Positions 18,910 to 29,573 of a stretch of DNA of 64,000 bases are shown piece after piece. A program made the position numbers and the translations under genes. Location: positions 6,846,445-6,910,444 of the forward strand of contig OZ253572.1 in NCBI GenBank assembly GCA_965262935.1, read 5' to 3'. The notes beneath the pieces are model-generated. The model was not told the origin of the DNA. It ran no database searches and saw nothing but the letters and a program-made list of their open reading frames with translations. The DNA is from Spirochaetia bacterium (GTDB lineage: Bacteria > Spirochaetota > Spirochaetia > SZUA-6 > Bin103). How positions within the stretch are numbered: position 1 is the first letter of the stretch; each line of letters opens with the position of its first letter.

Positions 18910-20031
18910 TCACAGCGGCTCGCGCACCGCGGTGGCGCCAATCCAGCGGCCCGGCTTGGCGGCGGCGTCCTCCCCGCCACGCAGCACCCGCACGACCGCA
19001 CCGCGCGGCGCTGCCGCCGCGCCGCGCTCCGGGCCGCCAGCGGCGCCATCCTCGGCTTCAGGTTGCACTTCCGCTGGTTCATCGCCGGTCGCCTGGGCCT
19101 CCGGGTCGAGCACCGCCAGGTCGGCGTCGCAGCCCGGGTGGAGGCGCCCCTTCGCCGGCAGGCCCAGTAGCCGCGCCGGCTGCCAGCACAGCAGGGCCGC
19201 CAACTCCTCCAGGGCGATGTGCCCCGGCGCGACCCCCGCCCGCCACAGGTGAGCCAGCAACTGGCGGTCGGTGGCGGCCTCCTCGGCTCCGAGGCTCACC
19301 ATGCGCACCGTCCCGGAGCGCACCGCCGGCCACCACTCCGCGGCCGCCCTCGGCTCGGCGAGCAGCAGGTGCGCCGGCGCCGCCACCGCGATGCCGCTGC
19401 CCGGCTCGCCGCTGCGCAGCGCCGTCGCCAGCGCCGCCCGCATGCCGGCCGCACCGGCGGGAGCCAGCACCACCCGGCCGCCGTCGAGCGGCAACGGTAG
19501 CCCGCCGACGCTGCGCTCCATGACGCGTGCATCGTCGCTGAGCACCACCAGGGTCGCCCCGCAGTGGCCGGTCACCCGCACCAGGTCGTCGTCCCAGCCC
19601 GGCTCCGTCAGGATGCGGTCGTCGACCGCGAACGCCGCGCAGCCTTGCCCGAACACCGCCTCCGGCAGCACTTCCAGCTCCGGCTCCAGCCCCCGCAACA
19701 GCGGAATCGGCACCGCATCCACGGCGTACGCCGCATCGGCGTCGGGCTCCCCGTCCCCCGGCGGCGCGGCAGGCGCAGCGAGACTCGCAACCGGCACGCC
19801 CACCGTGGTGGCCGGGCAGCCGCCGCGCCCGGCCAGCGGCATGCCGGAACGGCACAGCACCACCGGGCCGGGAAATACCAGCTTGCCGGTCAGATCGCGC
19901 CACCCCGCCGCCTCGGCCGCATCCGAGCGCGCCATGCGCAGCGCGCGCACTACCCCGCCGCCCATCTCCAGGTCGGCCACGAACCGCCCGTCGGCATGCA
20001 CCACCAGCCCCTGATACAGCGTGCCACCCAT
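18910..20031 (-). CDS. amidohydrolase-superfamily protein, dihydroorotase-like, probably non-catalytic (metal-binding His motif replaced); repeat copy A
   Basis: C-terminal GRLHPGCDADLAVLDPE resembles DHOase-like amidohydrolases. The N-terminal V.PG.VD.H.H region reads LVFPGPVVLCRSG, as in PyrC'-type inactive paralogues. Confidence 0.55.
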   Translation of the reverse strand: MGGTLYQGLVVHADGRFVADLEMGGGVVRALRMARSDAAEAAGWRDLTGKLVFPGPVVLCRSGMPLAGRGGCPATTVGVPVASLAAPAAPPGDGEPDADAAYAVDAVPIPLLRGLEPELEVLPEAVFGQGCAAFAVDDRILTEPGWDDDLVRVTGHCGATLVVLSDDARVMERSVGGLPLPLDGGRVVLAPAGAAGMRAALATALRSGEPGSGIAVAAPAHLLLAEPRAAAEWWPAVRSGTVRMVSLGAEEAATDRQLLAHLWRAGVAPGHIALEELAALLCWQPARLLGLPAKGRLHPGCDADLAVLDPEAQATGDEPAEVQPEAEDGAAGGPERGAAAAPRGAVVRVLRGGEDAAAKPGRWIGATAVREPL

Positions 20032-20159
20032 CGCGACCGATTATACGCCCACCACTCCCGGTCCGACTCGCCCCCGAACATCCCGCCGCCCCGCGGCGGC
20101 GCGAGCGCCTCTCGCGTGGCGCGGGCCCGGAAATCTGCACGATCTACAAGGTCGGATTT

Positions 20160-20340
20160 GCGTGACTGGAAGAAAACCGTTCAGCGAGTTGGGCGATCAG
20201 CAGCTCCTCGACCAGACCAGGCGCCTGGCCGCCAATCAACGCAACCTTGAGGCGCACATGCTGGACCATCTCGACGAGAGAGATCGCCGCGGTCTGGCGC
20301 CGCGACGCGGCTTCTCGAGCCTGTTCAACTACACCCTTAT
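20160..20340 (+). pseudogene. N-terminal fragment of an HNH-endonuclease (DUF222-type) gene
   Basis: Translation FSELGDQQLLDQTRRLAANQRNLEAHMLDHLDERDRRGLAPRRGFSSLFNY matches the conserved start of high-GC HNH endonucleases, then degenerates into repeat element X. Confidence 0.4.
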
Positions 20341-20580
20341 TCGGTCTATTTGTAATTATTGTAATGGTTTACTTGTTTCACGAATATCCCGTTATTGCTT
20401 TCGCAACCCCTGGGTGATATCCGAGCATCCTTGACTCGCTTCGGTCTCGCGCCGTGACGCGCGCGGAGCCGGTCATCATGAATGTGGGCGGCGCCGACCG
20501 CGGCTCCGCCACCGCCGCGCCCACATCCCTGACCTTCTCGCACACGACTTGGGACACCGTCACACGGTAGGCCTAGCGGT
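20330..20580. repeat. repeat element X, copy 1 (~250 bp; second copy at 34040..34290)
   Basis: About 80% identity block from TTGTAA..TAATGGTTTACT through ...GTAGGCCT. It directly follows amidohydrolase copy A; copy 2 directly follows FG-GAP repeat B1. Confidence 0.7.
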
Positions 20581-20636
20581 GGAAACTACCCCGAATAGTA
20601 GCCGTAGTGCTGGTTAATTTGTGGTTCGATAAATAG

Positions 20637-20858
20637 TTACGGGAGGAGGCCGTGGCGTGTGTTCTGGTAGGCACTCAGATAGAGGCGGATAGCCTTCCAG
20701 ATAACGTCCGATCGGTTATGCGTGCCGGAGTCCGCAGCGATCGCGTCCAGCGCGTCGATCACCTCTTGGCGGATATTGGAGACACTGGCACGAAGGATCC
20801 CGTTGCGGCGGCATTCGAGCGCCTTCTCGATCTTGCTATTCAGGTCGTCCATTGGCAT
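20637..20858 (-). CDS. ribbon-helix-helix (CopG-like) small protein
   Basis: MPMDDLNSKIEKALECRRNGILRASVSNIRQEVIDALDAIAADSG has an RHH-like N-terminal beta strand plus two helices; low GC. Confidence 0.4.
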   Translation of the reverse strand: MPMDDLNSKIEKALECRRNGILRASVSNIRQEVIDALDAIAADSGTHNRSDVIWKAIRLYLSAYQNTRHGLLP

Positions 20859-21512
20859 GGCGCGCAGCGTATCGACCGCGGCCCCGCAGGGGCAAGGGGG
20901 CAAGGGGGCAAGGGGGCGTCATGGGTTGACAAATCTGTGCCGCATACTAATCTGGTTGCCGTATACGCGCCCGATGGAATGGAATTTCGTCCCAGAAATA
21001 GTTTACGCTCTCGTCGAGTTGCCGGCGGCGAGCTTTTCAGAACTGACCGACGCTCTAGATTAGGCCGTTTCCTCGGGAAATCTCAACAGGGTTCTCAGCG
21101 ACCGAAGCCCGCTGAGTGTAAATCCGGATGCCTTACGTAGGATGCTCGCCGAAGCAGAAGCGGATAATTAGCCTCCAGGGCTACCAGACGGCGGCCCTTG
21201 ACGTCAGCCGCGGGCATCGAACTGGAAGCCGGGAGCGTGCGACGGGTGAAGGGCTGGGGACAGCGATTTGTGCGCCGCGCCCTGGACGTCTTCTGCTCCG
21301 GGCCTCTATCCTTGACCTGCAACGCACTGGGTCAGACTGCGGTCATGCCGGGTCACCTGGTCGAATACAACAGATCCATCGCGGGGTGAGGAGTAGCTAC
21401 CTCACCCCGGAGCGAATAGTCAGGGACACCCACTTTCAAAGTGCGATCTGCACTCGGTGCGTTGCAAACACGACCCGGCACCTTTGGCTGCCGGGTGCTG
21501 GAGGCATCGCAC

Positions 21513-23111
21513 ATGGTGGCACAGGGGATGCTCAGGATCGTTCTCGGTGGACTGGTCATCGGTTCGGTGTTCCTTCTCGGGAGCTGCGAGGAAGTGGCAC
21601 CCAATTCCTCGCGTGCGGCCCCCGTGCCGACGGAGAAGCCTCCTATCTCGGACGACCCGCCAGAGCAACAGCCTGCGGATCCAGCAACAGCAGGCGCCCG
21701 CGTTTCGATCTCCTCGACGCCATCCGGCGCGCATGTCACCATCGACGGCGGTGCCGGCAACGCTCGCCGTCTCGCTGCGGCTGCCGCACCCATTACCACG
21801 CCAGCTACCATCGACCTCCCACCCGGCGATTACACTTTCACCATTACCAAGCCAGGAACTGGCACAGCGGGGGGCACTGTCAAGGTGGAACGTAACGCCG
21901 ACGTCAACCTCAACATCACCCTAAGCAACAGCACCGTCGCGGACCGACTGCCGGAGTTCGACAATCCCACGCTCCATTACTGGCACACGGAACTCTTCGG
22001 CCCCCTCCTCGGCGTGTCTCTGATAGAGGAACACCAGTATTACCCTGCACGCGACGACGAGGCCGAAAAGCGCGTCGTGCGGGGTGTGGCTGCCACGGCA
22101 GGCGACCCGCCTTACTCCTATGCCCTGACCGGTGTGCCGGTTGGCATGGTTTTCGATCCAGACACCAGAATCCTGTACGGCACGCCCGCCGTCGGTACTG
22201 CACTCATTTGGGAAGGCATCTACTCGATAACCGATGCTGATGGCGACACCACCGAGACCGAGATTATGTTCATCGTGTTTCCCGACTCCCGACCGTACTT
22301 CGATTCCGGCGTTGACGATCAGACCTACAAAACCGGGTCCGAGATAGTCCCGCTACAGCTGCCCGAAGTCAAGAGGACCGATATCACTATTCCAGAGAAC
22401 ACCACGGATCGGTCGGTCACCTTCGGAGGGAGGAGTGAAGGAACTCTCCCCGGCCATTGGGCGACCCGTGGTTGGGGCTCGTTCCCGGATTATGAGCCCG
22501 TCTCCGGCGTTCCCCACAACCTCTACCGAGACTACTTGTACGTGCGCAATCTCCAACCCGTACAATCGGGAGAGGTAACCGAGCCCGCAGCGTATTTCAT
22601 CGTCGGCACGCCCCAGGAGGTCGGCACTTTCCCGGTCACCTACACCATCGTCGATTCAAACGGCGATACGGCTGCGGTGGAGTTTACGATCACCGTCTTC
22701 GACCCGAGACCGAGACTATCTATAAGCGGCGGCCCTCTCATTGTACTTGAAGACGATAGGAACCCGAACACGTCTCATACCGAGATGTATTCGGTAACTA
22801 TGAATCGACTCAGCCATGAAACGGTGACTGTGGACATCGATACTGAGGACGGTACGGCAAAGGCAGGAGAAGACTACTCCGCAACCAATATGACGCTGAG
22901 TTTCGCACCAGGCACCTGGCACCAGCGTGTCGGCGTGGGAATCCGCAGCGATACGCTGGTTGAGCCTCCTGAGACGTTCTTCTTGAGGCTGAGCAACGCG
23001 GTGAACGCCACCATCGTAGATGAGCCTGAGCGCGGCCTCTTCGGGCGTTTCGCTGTCACGATCTGTGATAGGGGTTCTCCCGCCGCATGCGCCTCACCGA
23101 GAGAACCTTGA
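21513..23111 (+). CDS. surface lipoprotein with PEGA-like, cadherin-like (putative Ig) and Calx-beta domains
   Basis: Lipobox LLGSC after a signal peptide. The Calx-beta signature DGTAKAGEDY lies near the C-terminus; YSYALTGVPVGMVFDPDTRILYGTP is dystroglycan/cadherin-like. Confidence 0.7.
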   Translation: MVAQGMLRIVLGGLVIGSVFLLGSCEEVAPNSSRAAPVPTEKPPISDDPPEQQPADPATAGARVSISSTPSGAHVTIDGGAGNARRLAAAAAPITTPATIDLPPGDYTFTITKPGTGTAGGTVKVERNADVNLNITLSNSTVADRLPEFDNPTLHYWHTELFGPLLGVSLIEEHQYYPARDDEAEKRVVRGVAATAGDPPYSYALTGVPVGMVFDPDTRILYGTPAVGTALIWEGIYSITDADGDTTETEIMFIVFPDSRPYFDSGVDDQTYKTGSEIVPLQLPEVKRTDITIPENTTDRSVTFGGRSEGTLPGHWATRGWGSFPDYEPVSGVPHNLYRDYLYVRNLQPVQSGEVTEPAAYFIVGTPQEVGTFPVTYTIVDSNGDTAAVEFTITVFDPRPRLSISGGPLIVLEDDRNPNTSHTEMYSVTMNRLSHETVTVDIDTEDGTAKAGEDYSATNMTLSFAPGTWHQRVGVGIRSDTLVEPPETFFLRLSNAVNATIVDEPERGLFGRFAVTICDRGSPAACASPREP

Positions 23112-23357
23112 GATTGAGATGCGGAGCCGAAGGCGTGCGAGAGTTGGGAAGGCCCGATGGGGGGCAGCAGAGCGGTCCCTCTCTGTAATACTTGGCGACG
23201 GCGCCCTGCTCGGCGCTGCGACGAAGAAGGCAGGTGGTAGCCTCCCTACCCGGTGCGCCGCCATGTCCCGGTCGTTGCCCTGGCGCGATCTGGAGTCCCT
23301 GAGGGCGACCCGATTGCCGCCCCGGCTGTGCCCACCAGCCCCGCAAGTCTCGGTGGT

Positions 23358-24030
23358 GCGGTTGTGCGACGATCGGAACACGACCGCCCGGAAGCTATGC
23401 CGGCTCTTGGCGCTGGTGCTGCTGGTGGTGTTGGCTGATGCTGCGGCCCCGGCGCTGCCGTCGTGTCTGCCAAATTGCGCCGACGCGGATCTAAGCGGAT
23501 TTGATCTGGTAGGTGCTGACTTGGCACGTGCCGACTTCTCCTATGCCGATCTGGAAGGCGCGGACCTGACGGGCGCCACCCTCCGCTGCGCCACTCTGCA
23601 GGCCGCCAATTTGACCGGGGTGAGGCTCGCCGACGCCGACCTGACCGGAGCGGACCTATCGTTTGCGTATCTGGAGAACGCGGACCTATCGCACGCAAAT
23701 CTGACAAGGGCCGACTTGGCGGGTGCGATCATGTTCGACGCGAATCTGCGGGGTGCAGTGCTCGCGTATGCGTATCTCGGCGGACGGAACTATAGTCCGC
23801 GTCCCGGCTATATTGGCGCCTATCTATCGGTGATTCTGGAAAATGTCGACTTGACGGACGCGAACCTTGAAGGGGCGAACCTAACCGATGCATACCTGAT
23901 CGTCGTGAACCTGGAAGGTGCGAACTTGGCCGGAGCCAATCTGAGCCATGCAACTCTCACCGGCGCGGACTTCGCTGGCACCATTGGCTGCGACGTGACT
24001 GGACGCATTCCTGGCTGCGAAGCGCCATGA
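23358..24030 (+). CDS. secreted pentapeptide-repeat protein (paralogue 1)
   Basis: The signal peptide LLALVLLVVLADAAAPALPSCLPNCADADL is followed by about 35 A(D/N)LxG pentapeptide units. The start codon is uncertain (GTG at 23358 chosen). Confidence 0.6.
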
Positions 24031-24099
24031 TCGCACGCGCCGGAGGCCGAGCGGCCCAGATGCGGACCGATTCGAGCGAAATGGACCGCCGCGCGGCGG

Positions 24100-24240
24100 C
24101 TCCGCTCAGTCGCTCGCAGCAGCCGGCGCCGGCCTTGTCAATGGCAGGAAGCGGGCGATTGGCAGGCGCTCACCATGCCGGCGCACTACGCGCGGCACCA
24201 GCACGCTGCGCCGTCGCCAAGCTCCGCTAATAGCGGGCCG
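24100..24240 (+). pseudogene. tyrosine-recombinase 3'-end remnant (copy 1)
   Basis: About 90-nt identity to 27010..27100; encodes EAGDWQALTMPAHYA, the catalytic-Tyr region of an integrase. Confidence 0.35.
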
Positions 24241-24400
24241 GTAGCAGCGCATCGCAGCAGGGCCGCCGGCAAGCGGCTTTGCGCACGTCAGGTGGTATTA
24301 GGGAGACACCGTAGGGGCGTGACATTCCATTGATTGAATTCTAACATTTCCCCGGTGCCCCGGCCCGTCCGGCGGTCCAGTTTGGGAGCCATGTAAAGTT

Positions 24401-25294
24401 CTAAATGTTCTCGAACCAATTCGACTGGATACGCACGCTCTCGACCATCTCAGTCTCCACACCAAGGTGATTGTCCTTAAGCAAATCGCAGAGGCGATCC
24501 CCGTCGATAAGGTCAATCGCGATCGCGCCGTCACGAGTGGCCTCGGCTGACGCTTGATTGGAGAAATGGCCGGTGGTGGTGAACAAGCCTTTGTCGGCGC
24601 GTCCCTGCAACGCTCCGCGAAAATCTCTGATTTCCGTGGAACCGACGATTCCCTTCCAACGCTTACACTGGAAATAGACCCGGAACGATACAAGGCTCAC
24701 GCGTAGCATACCCACACCGTCGATCCCACCATCACCAGATTTTCCACGCACTTCGACTTTGGTGAACCCTGATTCGCGCAAAAGCCGTTGTGATAGCCGC
24801 TCAAACGCATCTGGAGGCATCGCGCCCAGCGTCGCCAAAAGCGAGGCCTTCCAGTCACCGACTTTATCTGAGCCCTCATCCGCCAGTTCCACGACATCCG
24901 GGGCCGCCTCTTTGTCAGCTTGCCGCTTGGTCCGTGTCCGGTCACGTTCTTCCAGCGTGACCTTCTCATAGATCGCGCGGGTCTCTTCGAGCTCCGTGAT
25001 CGCCACGCCACTTTCGGTCAGGGCCCAGACCCCGCGGGAAGAGTTCACTATCGCATTGCCGCGTTTGAGGTAGGTGCGAGCCCAGGCGAGGTAGTAGTTC
25101 ACTCGAGGCCGGTTTTCGTTCCGTAGCATAGTAAAGGTTAGCTCTGCTTCAGTCACACCCTCCAACTCGATCACCTTTTCGTCGAGCTCCTGAATGGTAG
25201 CCGATCCGCCCAAGACCTTAAGCGCCGCGACTACAGATAGCATCATTCCTGGTAAATTGGGCAGGCTCGCCGCGTCGATCTCAAAATGTCTCAT
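24401..25294 (-). CDS. mrr: Mrr-family type IV restriction endonuclease (Mrr_N winged helix + Mrr_cat)
   Basis: N-terminal MRHFEIDAASLPNLPGMMLSVVAALKVLGG (Mrr_N); C-terminal GKSGDGGIDGVGM ... FQCKRW ... FTTTGHFS (PD-(D/E)xK Mrr_cat). Low GC. Confidence 0.8.
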   Translation of the reverse strand: MRHFEIDAASLPNLPGMMLSVVAALKVLGGSATIQELDEKVIELEGVTEAELTFTMLRNENRPRVNYYLAWARTYLKRGNAIVNSSRGVWALTESGVAITELEETRAIYEKVTLEERDRTRTKRQADKEAAPDVVELADEGSDKVGDWKASLLATLGAMPPDAFERLSQRLLRESGFTKVEVRGKSGDGGIDGVGMLRVSLVSFRVYFQCKRWKGIVGSTEIRDFRGALQGRADKGLFTTTGHFSNQASAEATRDGAIAIDLIDGDRLCDLLKDNHLGVETEMVESVRIQSNWFENI

Positions 25295-26053
25295 CACCTT
25301 CTCAGGTTCGGCTATCTGCTGGCCGCCCGTCAAACCCGCTTCGGGCACCCACCCCACTACCAGCAGCGATGCACGGGGCCGTTGCGGCCGGTCCACGGGG
25401 AACCCCTGCGCCGCTCGTGTCCGTCACCGTGGGCAACGGCGCAGTGCCAGCCTCCACACACGGGGACGCGGGTCGGTCACCGCCGGGCGATCAGGACGCG
25501 GCCACCAGCGGCGGCCAGAATTGCTCCGGCTCGAAGCCGGCTTCCCGCGCTAGGCGCTCACGCGCTTGGTCCGCTTGGTCGCCGGTCTCCAGAGGTGGCA
25601 CGTCATGGCGGCCAGCGGCGCTCCAGCAGCCACGCGGCTTCGTGCGGCGGCCAGGGCGCCGCACGGTGCGGGCTCGGTCATGCTCGAAGTCTACCACCGG
25701 GGCGGCGCGAAGGGGAGCACGGGGCCGCGGCGTGACGGGCGCCGAGCGGGCCGCCGCAATCTCAGGCCGGCCGTGCGTACTCGGCAAGCCGCGCCCTGGG
25801 GTGGGCGGAAGCCCACCACCCCAGGGGGTCTACATCCGGCCGGCAGTACCCGACGTTAGGTTAGGCCGCCAACGCGGTTAGGGACCCCCGGCCCCCCTGT
25901 ACCCTTTAGAAAGTAGACAGTTCGTCAGGGCCTGCTAGAATCCCAGACGGGCAAGGCAACCTGCCGGGAGCAACCTTGGCCCCCCTGCGCCAGAGAGCAC
26001 CTGGGGGCCAGCGGGCGCTACAAGCAAAGCGTGAACTGAGGTAGTATGTGCGC

Positions 26054-26716
26054 ATGACTGCGTACAAAGCAGGAAGCCGTATGCACTGGTTGGTTTGGTT
26101 GACCGTCGCCTGCCTAGGTCCCGCTCTCGTCTCCTGCGCGACCCCCGATGTGTCGGCCTCCTACCTGGTGAGCAAAGGCTTGGACGTGAAGGAACGGGAC
26201 GAGAAGGGTCGGACGATCCTGCACCGCGCTGCCCAGGAAAGTGATGATCCGCGGCTGGTAGAGGCGATAATAGCTGCCGATGCGGACGTAAACGCGCGGG
26301 ACGAGGATGGCCTTACTCCCCTACACTACGCCGCTGCGTTCAATAGAACTCCGGAGGTCATTGAGGTACTGATAGCTGCCGGTGCGGACGTAGACGCACG
26401 AGATGAGGTGTTGGCCGCGACTCCCTTGCATCGCGCAGCAACATTCAACGAGCACCCGAAAATCGTTGAGATACTGATAGCTGCTGGCGCGGACGTTAAC
26501 GCACAGGCCAAGGGTGATTTTACACCCCTTCATCTGGCGGCAGGGAATAATTACGCGGAGGTTATAGAGGCGCTACTGGATGCGGGTGCTGATACGTCCG
26601 TGAGAACCGTCGACGGCGGTACCCCCTTTGATTATGCAGAACAACGGGAAGACTTGGCGGTGATCCGCGAGTATTCGGTTTACAGGCGCCTGCGCGACGA
26701 ACGCGATTCCGAATAG
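26054..26716 (+). CDS. ankyrin-repeat lipoprotein (four to five ANK repeats)
   Basis: Lipobox LVSC after MHWLVWLTVACLGPA; repeated TPLHxAA..G....V..Li.aGADVNA units. Confidence 0.75.
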   Translation: MTAYKAGSRMHWLVWLTVACLGPALVSCATPDVSASYLVSKGLDVKERDEKGRTILHRAAQESDDPRLVEAIIAADADVNARDEDGLTPLHYAAAFNRTPEVIEVLIAAGADVDARDEVLAATPLHRAATFNEHPKIVEILIAAGADVNAQAKGDFTPLHLAAGNNYAEVIEALLDAGADTSVRTVDGGTPFDYAEQREDLAVIREYSVYRRLRDERDSE

Positions 26717-26865
26717 TCACCGATTCCGCTGGGCGCCGATAGCATCCGCGCCATAGTGCGCGGGCCGTTGACGGCCGGCCGGACGGCAGCGTCACCGTGA
26801 CGGTGCGAAGCTCGTAAACCGACCAGGAAGGGCGCGGGCACGTCCGCTACCTCGGCGCGACTACC

Positions 26866-27114
26866 ATGCAGCGCTTGGCTACGTGGCATGGCGGCGCCGG
26901 CATCACCGCCGGCGGGCCGTTGTTCCGCCAGGTGCTCAAGGATGGCGCCACCTCCGGGTCGGCTCCGCCAGTCGCTTCGCAGCAGCAACCGCCGCCAGTC
27001 GAATTGCAGGAGGCGGGCGATTGGCAGGCGCCGACCATGCCGGCGCACTACGCAGGGCACCAGCTTGCAGCACGCGGCACCGTCGCCAAGATCCGCTACC
27101 AGGCGGGCCGGTAA
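26866..27114 (+). pseudogene. tyrosine-recombinase 3'-end remnant (copy 2)
   Basis: ELQEAGDWQAPTMPAHYAGH aligns with the E.M.AG.W....M...Y catalytic-tyrosine motif, and with remnant 51176..51394. Confidence 0.4.
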
Positions 27115-27627
27115 AGGCGCGGACGCACCAATCGTCCGTGGTATCACCAAAGTCTTTCCTGACAAACTGATAGATACCAGGCTCAGCAGGAGGTTCCTGA
27201 CGACTTGGACGGCCTCTCCCAAGTATGCTCATCGCGTGTCTCCTTCTGGATGTTGTTTCGCCGCCGACGCCGGTTCGCAACGGTGGCCAGGACGATAACA
27301 CACTTGCCGGCGGGTGGACGCGTGGTCTACCAGGCACAGCAGGCACAGGCAGGGGGCGCTCAGGCGCCGCCGGGCCAGAATCCGGGGTACATTAGACACC
27401 GGCCCGCCCCCGCGACCATGCCGGCATCGAGCGCACGCTCCGCGGCATCGAGCGTGACGGCGCGGGCCGTGGCCAAGCCTCACCGCTCACCCAGGGGCCG
27501 CCTCGCAGCGGGGTTGCTGCTCAACGAAACGGAAACCACTGCCGGAGTGGCTGCGGCGCGTGGAGCGACTGATCGAAGTAGCGGCTGACCGCCAAGGCGC
27601 TACTCCCACAAGCGCCATGGCCGGCGG

Positions 27628-28287
27628 TCAGCACCCCGGCGCCAGCGGGCGTGGCGTCGTTTGCAGGTCGCAGTTCTTCACCCCCGCGATGTTGACCGTA
27701 TCCCACCCCAACACCCCGGTCAGATTTGCGGCATACAGGTCGGCGCTGCTCAGATCGGCATCGGTCAGATTGGCCCCGCTGAGGTCGGCAGTACCCAACA
27801 ACGTGAATGCAAGGGTCGCGCCGGTCAGATCAGTGTCGGTTAGGTCGACGGCCCACATACTTGCCCCACGCAGTTCGGCGCTACGCAAGCTCGCTCCACC
27901 CAAATAAGCGCGGGTCAGAACGGCGACGAGTAGATTTGCGCCGGCCAGATCGGCGCGGACCAGGTTTGCCCCGATAAGGTCTGCGCCGATCAGAATCGCG
28001 TCCCGCAGGATGGCATCGTCCATAATCGCGCCGTGTAGATCGGCGCCGCTAAGGTCCGTGCCGATCAGGATCGCGTTGCTCAGGTAAGCGCGTGCCAGCT
28101 TCGCATCGCTCAAGTCGACCCGACTCAGGTCGGCCCGCTCGAAGTCGGCACGGGCGAGGTTGGCACCGCTCATGTCAACGCCAGCCAAGTCAGCCCCTGC
28201 GCAGTTCGGCAGGCACTGTGGCAGCGCAACAGCACCGCTGGCGACGATCACCAGCAGCAGCAGTACAAGGCGAATCATCGGCGACAC
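27628..28287 (-). CDS. secreted pentapeptide-repeat protein (paralogue 2)
   Basis: Signal peptide MSPMIRLVLLLLVIVASGAVALPQCLPNCAGADL; pentapeptide repeats throughout; C-terminal LGWDTVNIAGVKNCDLQTTPRPLAPGC is shared with the other paralogues. Confidence 0.75.
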   Translation of the reverse strand: MSPMIRLVLLLLVIVASGAVALPQCLPNCAGADLAGVDMSGANLARADFERADLSRVDLSDAKLARAYLSNAILIGTDLSGADLHGAIMDDAILRDAILIGADLIGANLVRADLAGANLLVAVLTRAYLGGASLRSAELRGASMWAVDLTDTDLTGATLAFTLLGTADLSGANLTDADLSSADLYAANLTGVLGWDTVNIAGVKNCDLQTTPRPLAPGC

Positions 28288-28377
28288 CCTACACCACGGA
28301 GCACACGGCGGCTACGGTGTACTCTGACGGCGGACTGCCTGGCGCATCAGCCATAGCAGCGGCTGGCGCCTCGGCGC

Positions 28378-28917
28378 TTGGCTCTGCTTGCCACCGCGGG
28401 GATGCCGGCCTCACCGCTCGTCTCTCCGGCGCCGGAGCTGGCACCCGGCGTGTTCCCTGACGGCGGACTGCCTGGCGCATCAGCCGAAGCAGCGGCTGGC
28501 GCCTCGGCGGATGCCTCTGCTGCCGACGCGGAGATGCCGGTCTCGCCGCTCGTCTCTCCGGCGCCGGAGCCGGCATCTGGCGTGTATTCTGACGGCGGCC
28601 CGAGCGGCGTCTCAACCGGGGCGGCGGCGCACACAGCCCGCGATTCTGTCCACGGCCGCCACCAATCCCCGCCGCGGCGCCACATTACTGCGGCTGTCCG
28701 GCGCCACGTATGGCAATGCGACGGTGGACGCTGCTGTTATCGCGATCCGCTCACCGGGCGCCGCTGCACCTCTTCCCATCTGCTCCAGATCGACCACCTG
28801 TTGCCGGTCGCCCAGGGCGGTGGCGCGAACCTGTTCAACTTACGCCTTCTCTGCTTTGCCCATCGCAGCTTGCGCCACGGCCATGGGTCGGCTGTGCCGC
28901 CGGAACGCCCCACGTAG
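28378..28917 (+). pseudogene. HNH endonuclease C-terminal fragment preceded by about 129-bp tandem repeats
   Basis: RRHVWQCDGGRCCYRDPLTGRRCTSSHLLQIDHLLPVAQGGGANLFNLRLLCFAHRSL is a complete HNH motif. 28310..28600 holds 2.3 copies of a ~129-bp unit. There is no N-terminal domain. Confidence 0.5.
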
Positions 28918-29573
28918 CGCCTCCTCCGCGCTGCTGGCGCGCCGGTCGACTCGGCTCGCCGACGGCTTGCAGGTGGACGTGGCTGGGCGGGACACCCTTC
29001 GTATCTCCGCGCGCCAAGCGCACAATCTTCGCCGCCGCATCATCAGATCCTGGCCGTGGTCTGCCATCTACGACCCTCCCGCTTCCGGCGATCGGCACCA
29101 TCGCCAACGAGCCGCTCTGCAGCATCGCTAGCGCACCGTCTATAATGGCCGTCAACCCATGCATCCTCCTGCCGGCATCGAGCTTGTCGCACGCATGTCG
29201 CGGCTCATTCTGCGACTGCGCCTGATCGCGGCGTTCGCGGCCGGGGTGCTCGCAGTCGGCTGCCGGGCCTTCGTTGCCGATCCCGGATACCGGGCAACGC
29301 AGTTGCCGGACGATCTCACCAAGCTCTTCGAGGTGCAACAAGTGGTGGCGAATCCGGACGCCGACACGGTGTGGATCTTCGAGGAGGGCGGCCCTGCGCA
29401 CGAGAGACCGGATCCACGAAGCACTGCAGGAACAACCCTGACGAGGCCACGCCCCGGCCCCGGTAGCGCACCAGAGCGCCCCGAACTCCCCCCAAACCAT
29501 GTCTGGCGATGTCTGGCGCGGTCGCCGTTGACAGTCCCATTACATCATGTTACCGCCCGGTTCCACCGGTTCC

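Noticed and set aside
19079-20140. 353-aa minus-strand ORF rich in Gly/Arg/Ala
   Set aside because: Out-of-frame overlap with the amidohydrolase-like ORF (18910..20031), which has family-like motifs and is duplicated as a unit.
25400-26050. Possible regulatory or ncRNA region in a GC-rich gap
   Set aside because: No conserved structure, promoter-like or riboswitch-like motif could be recognised by eye. Only spurious short ORFs are present.
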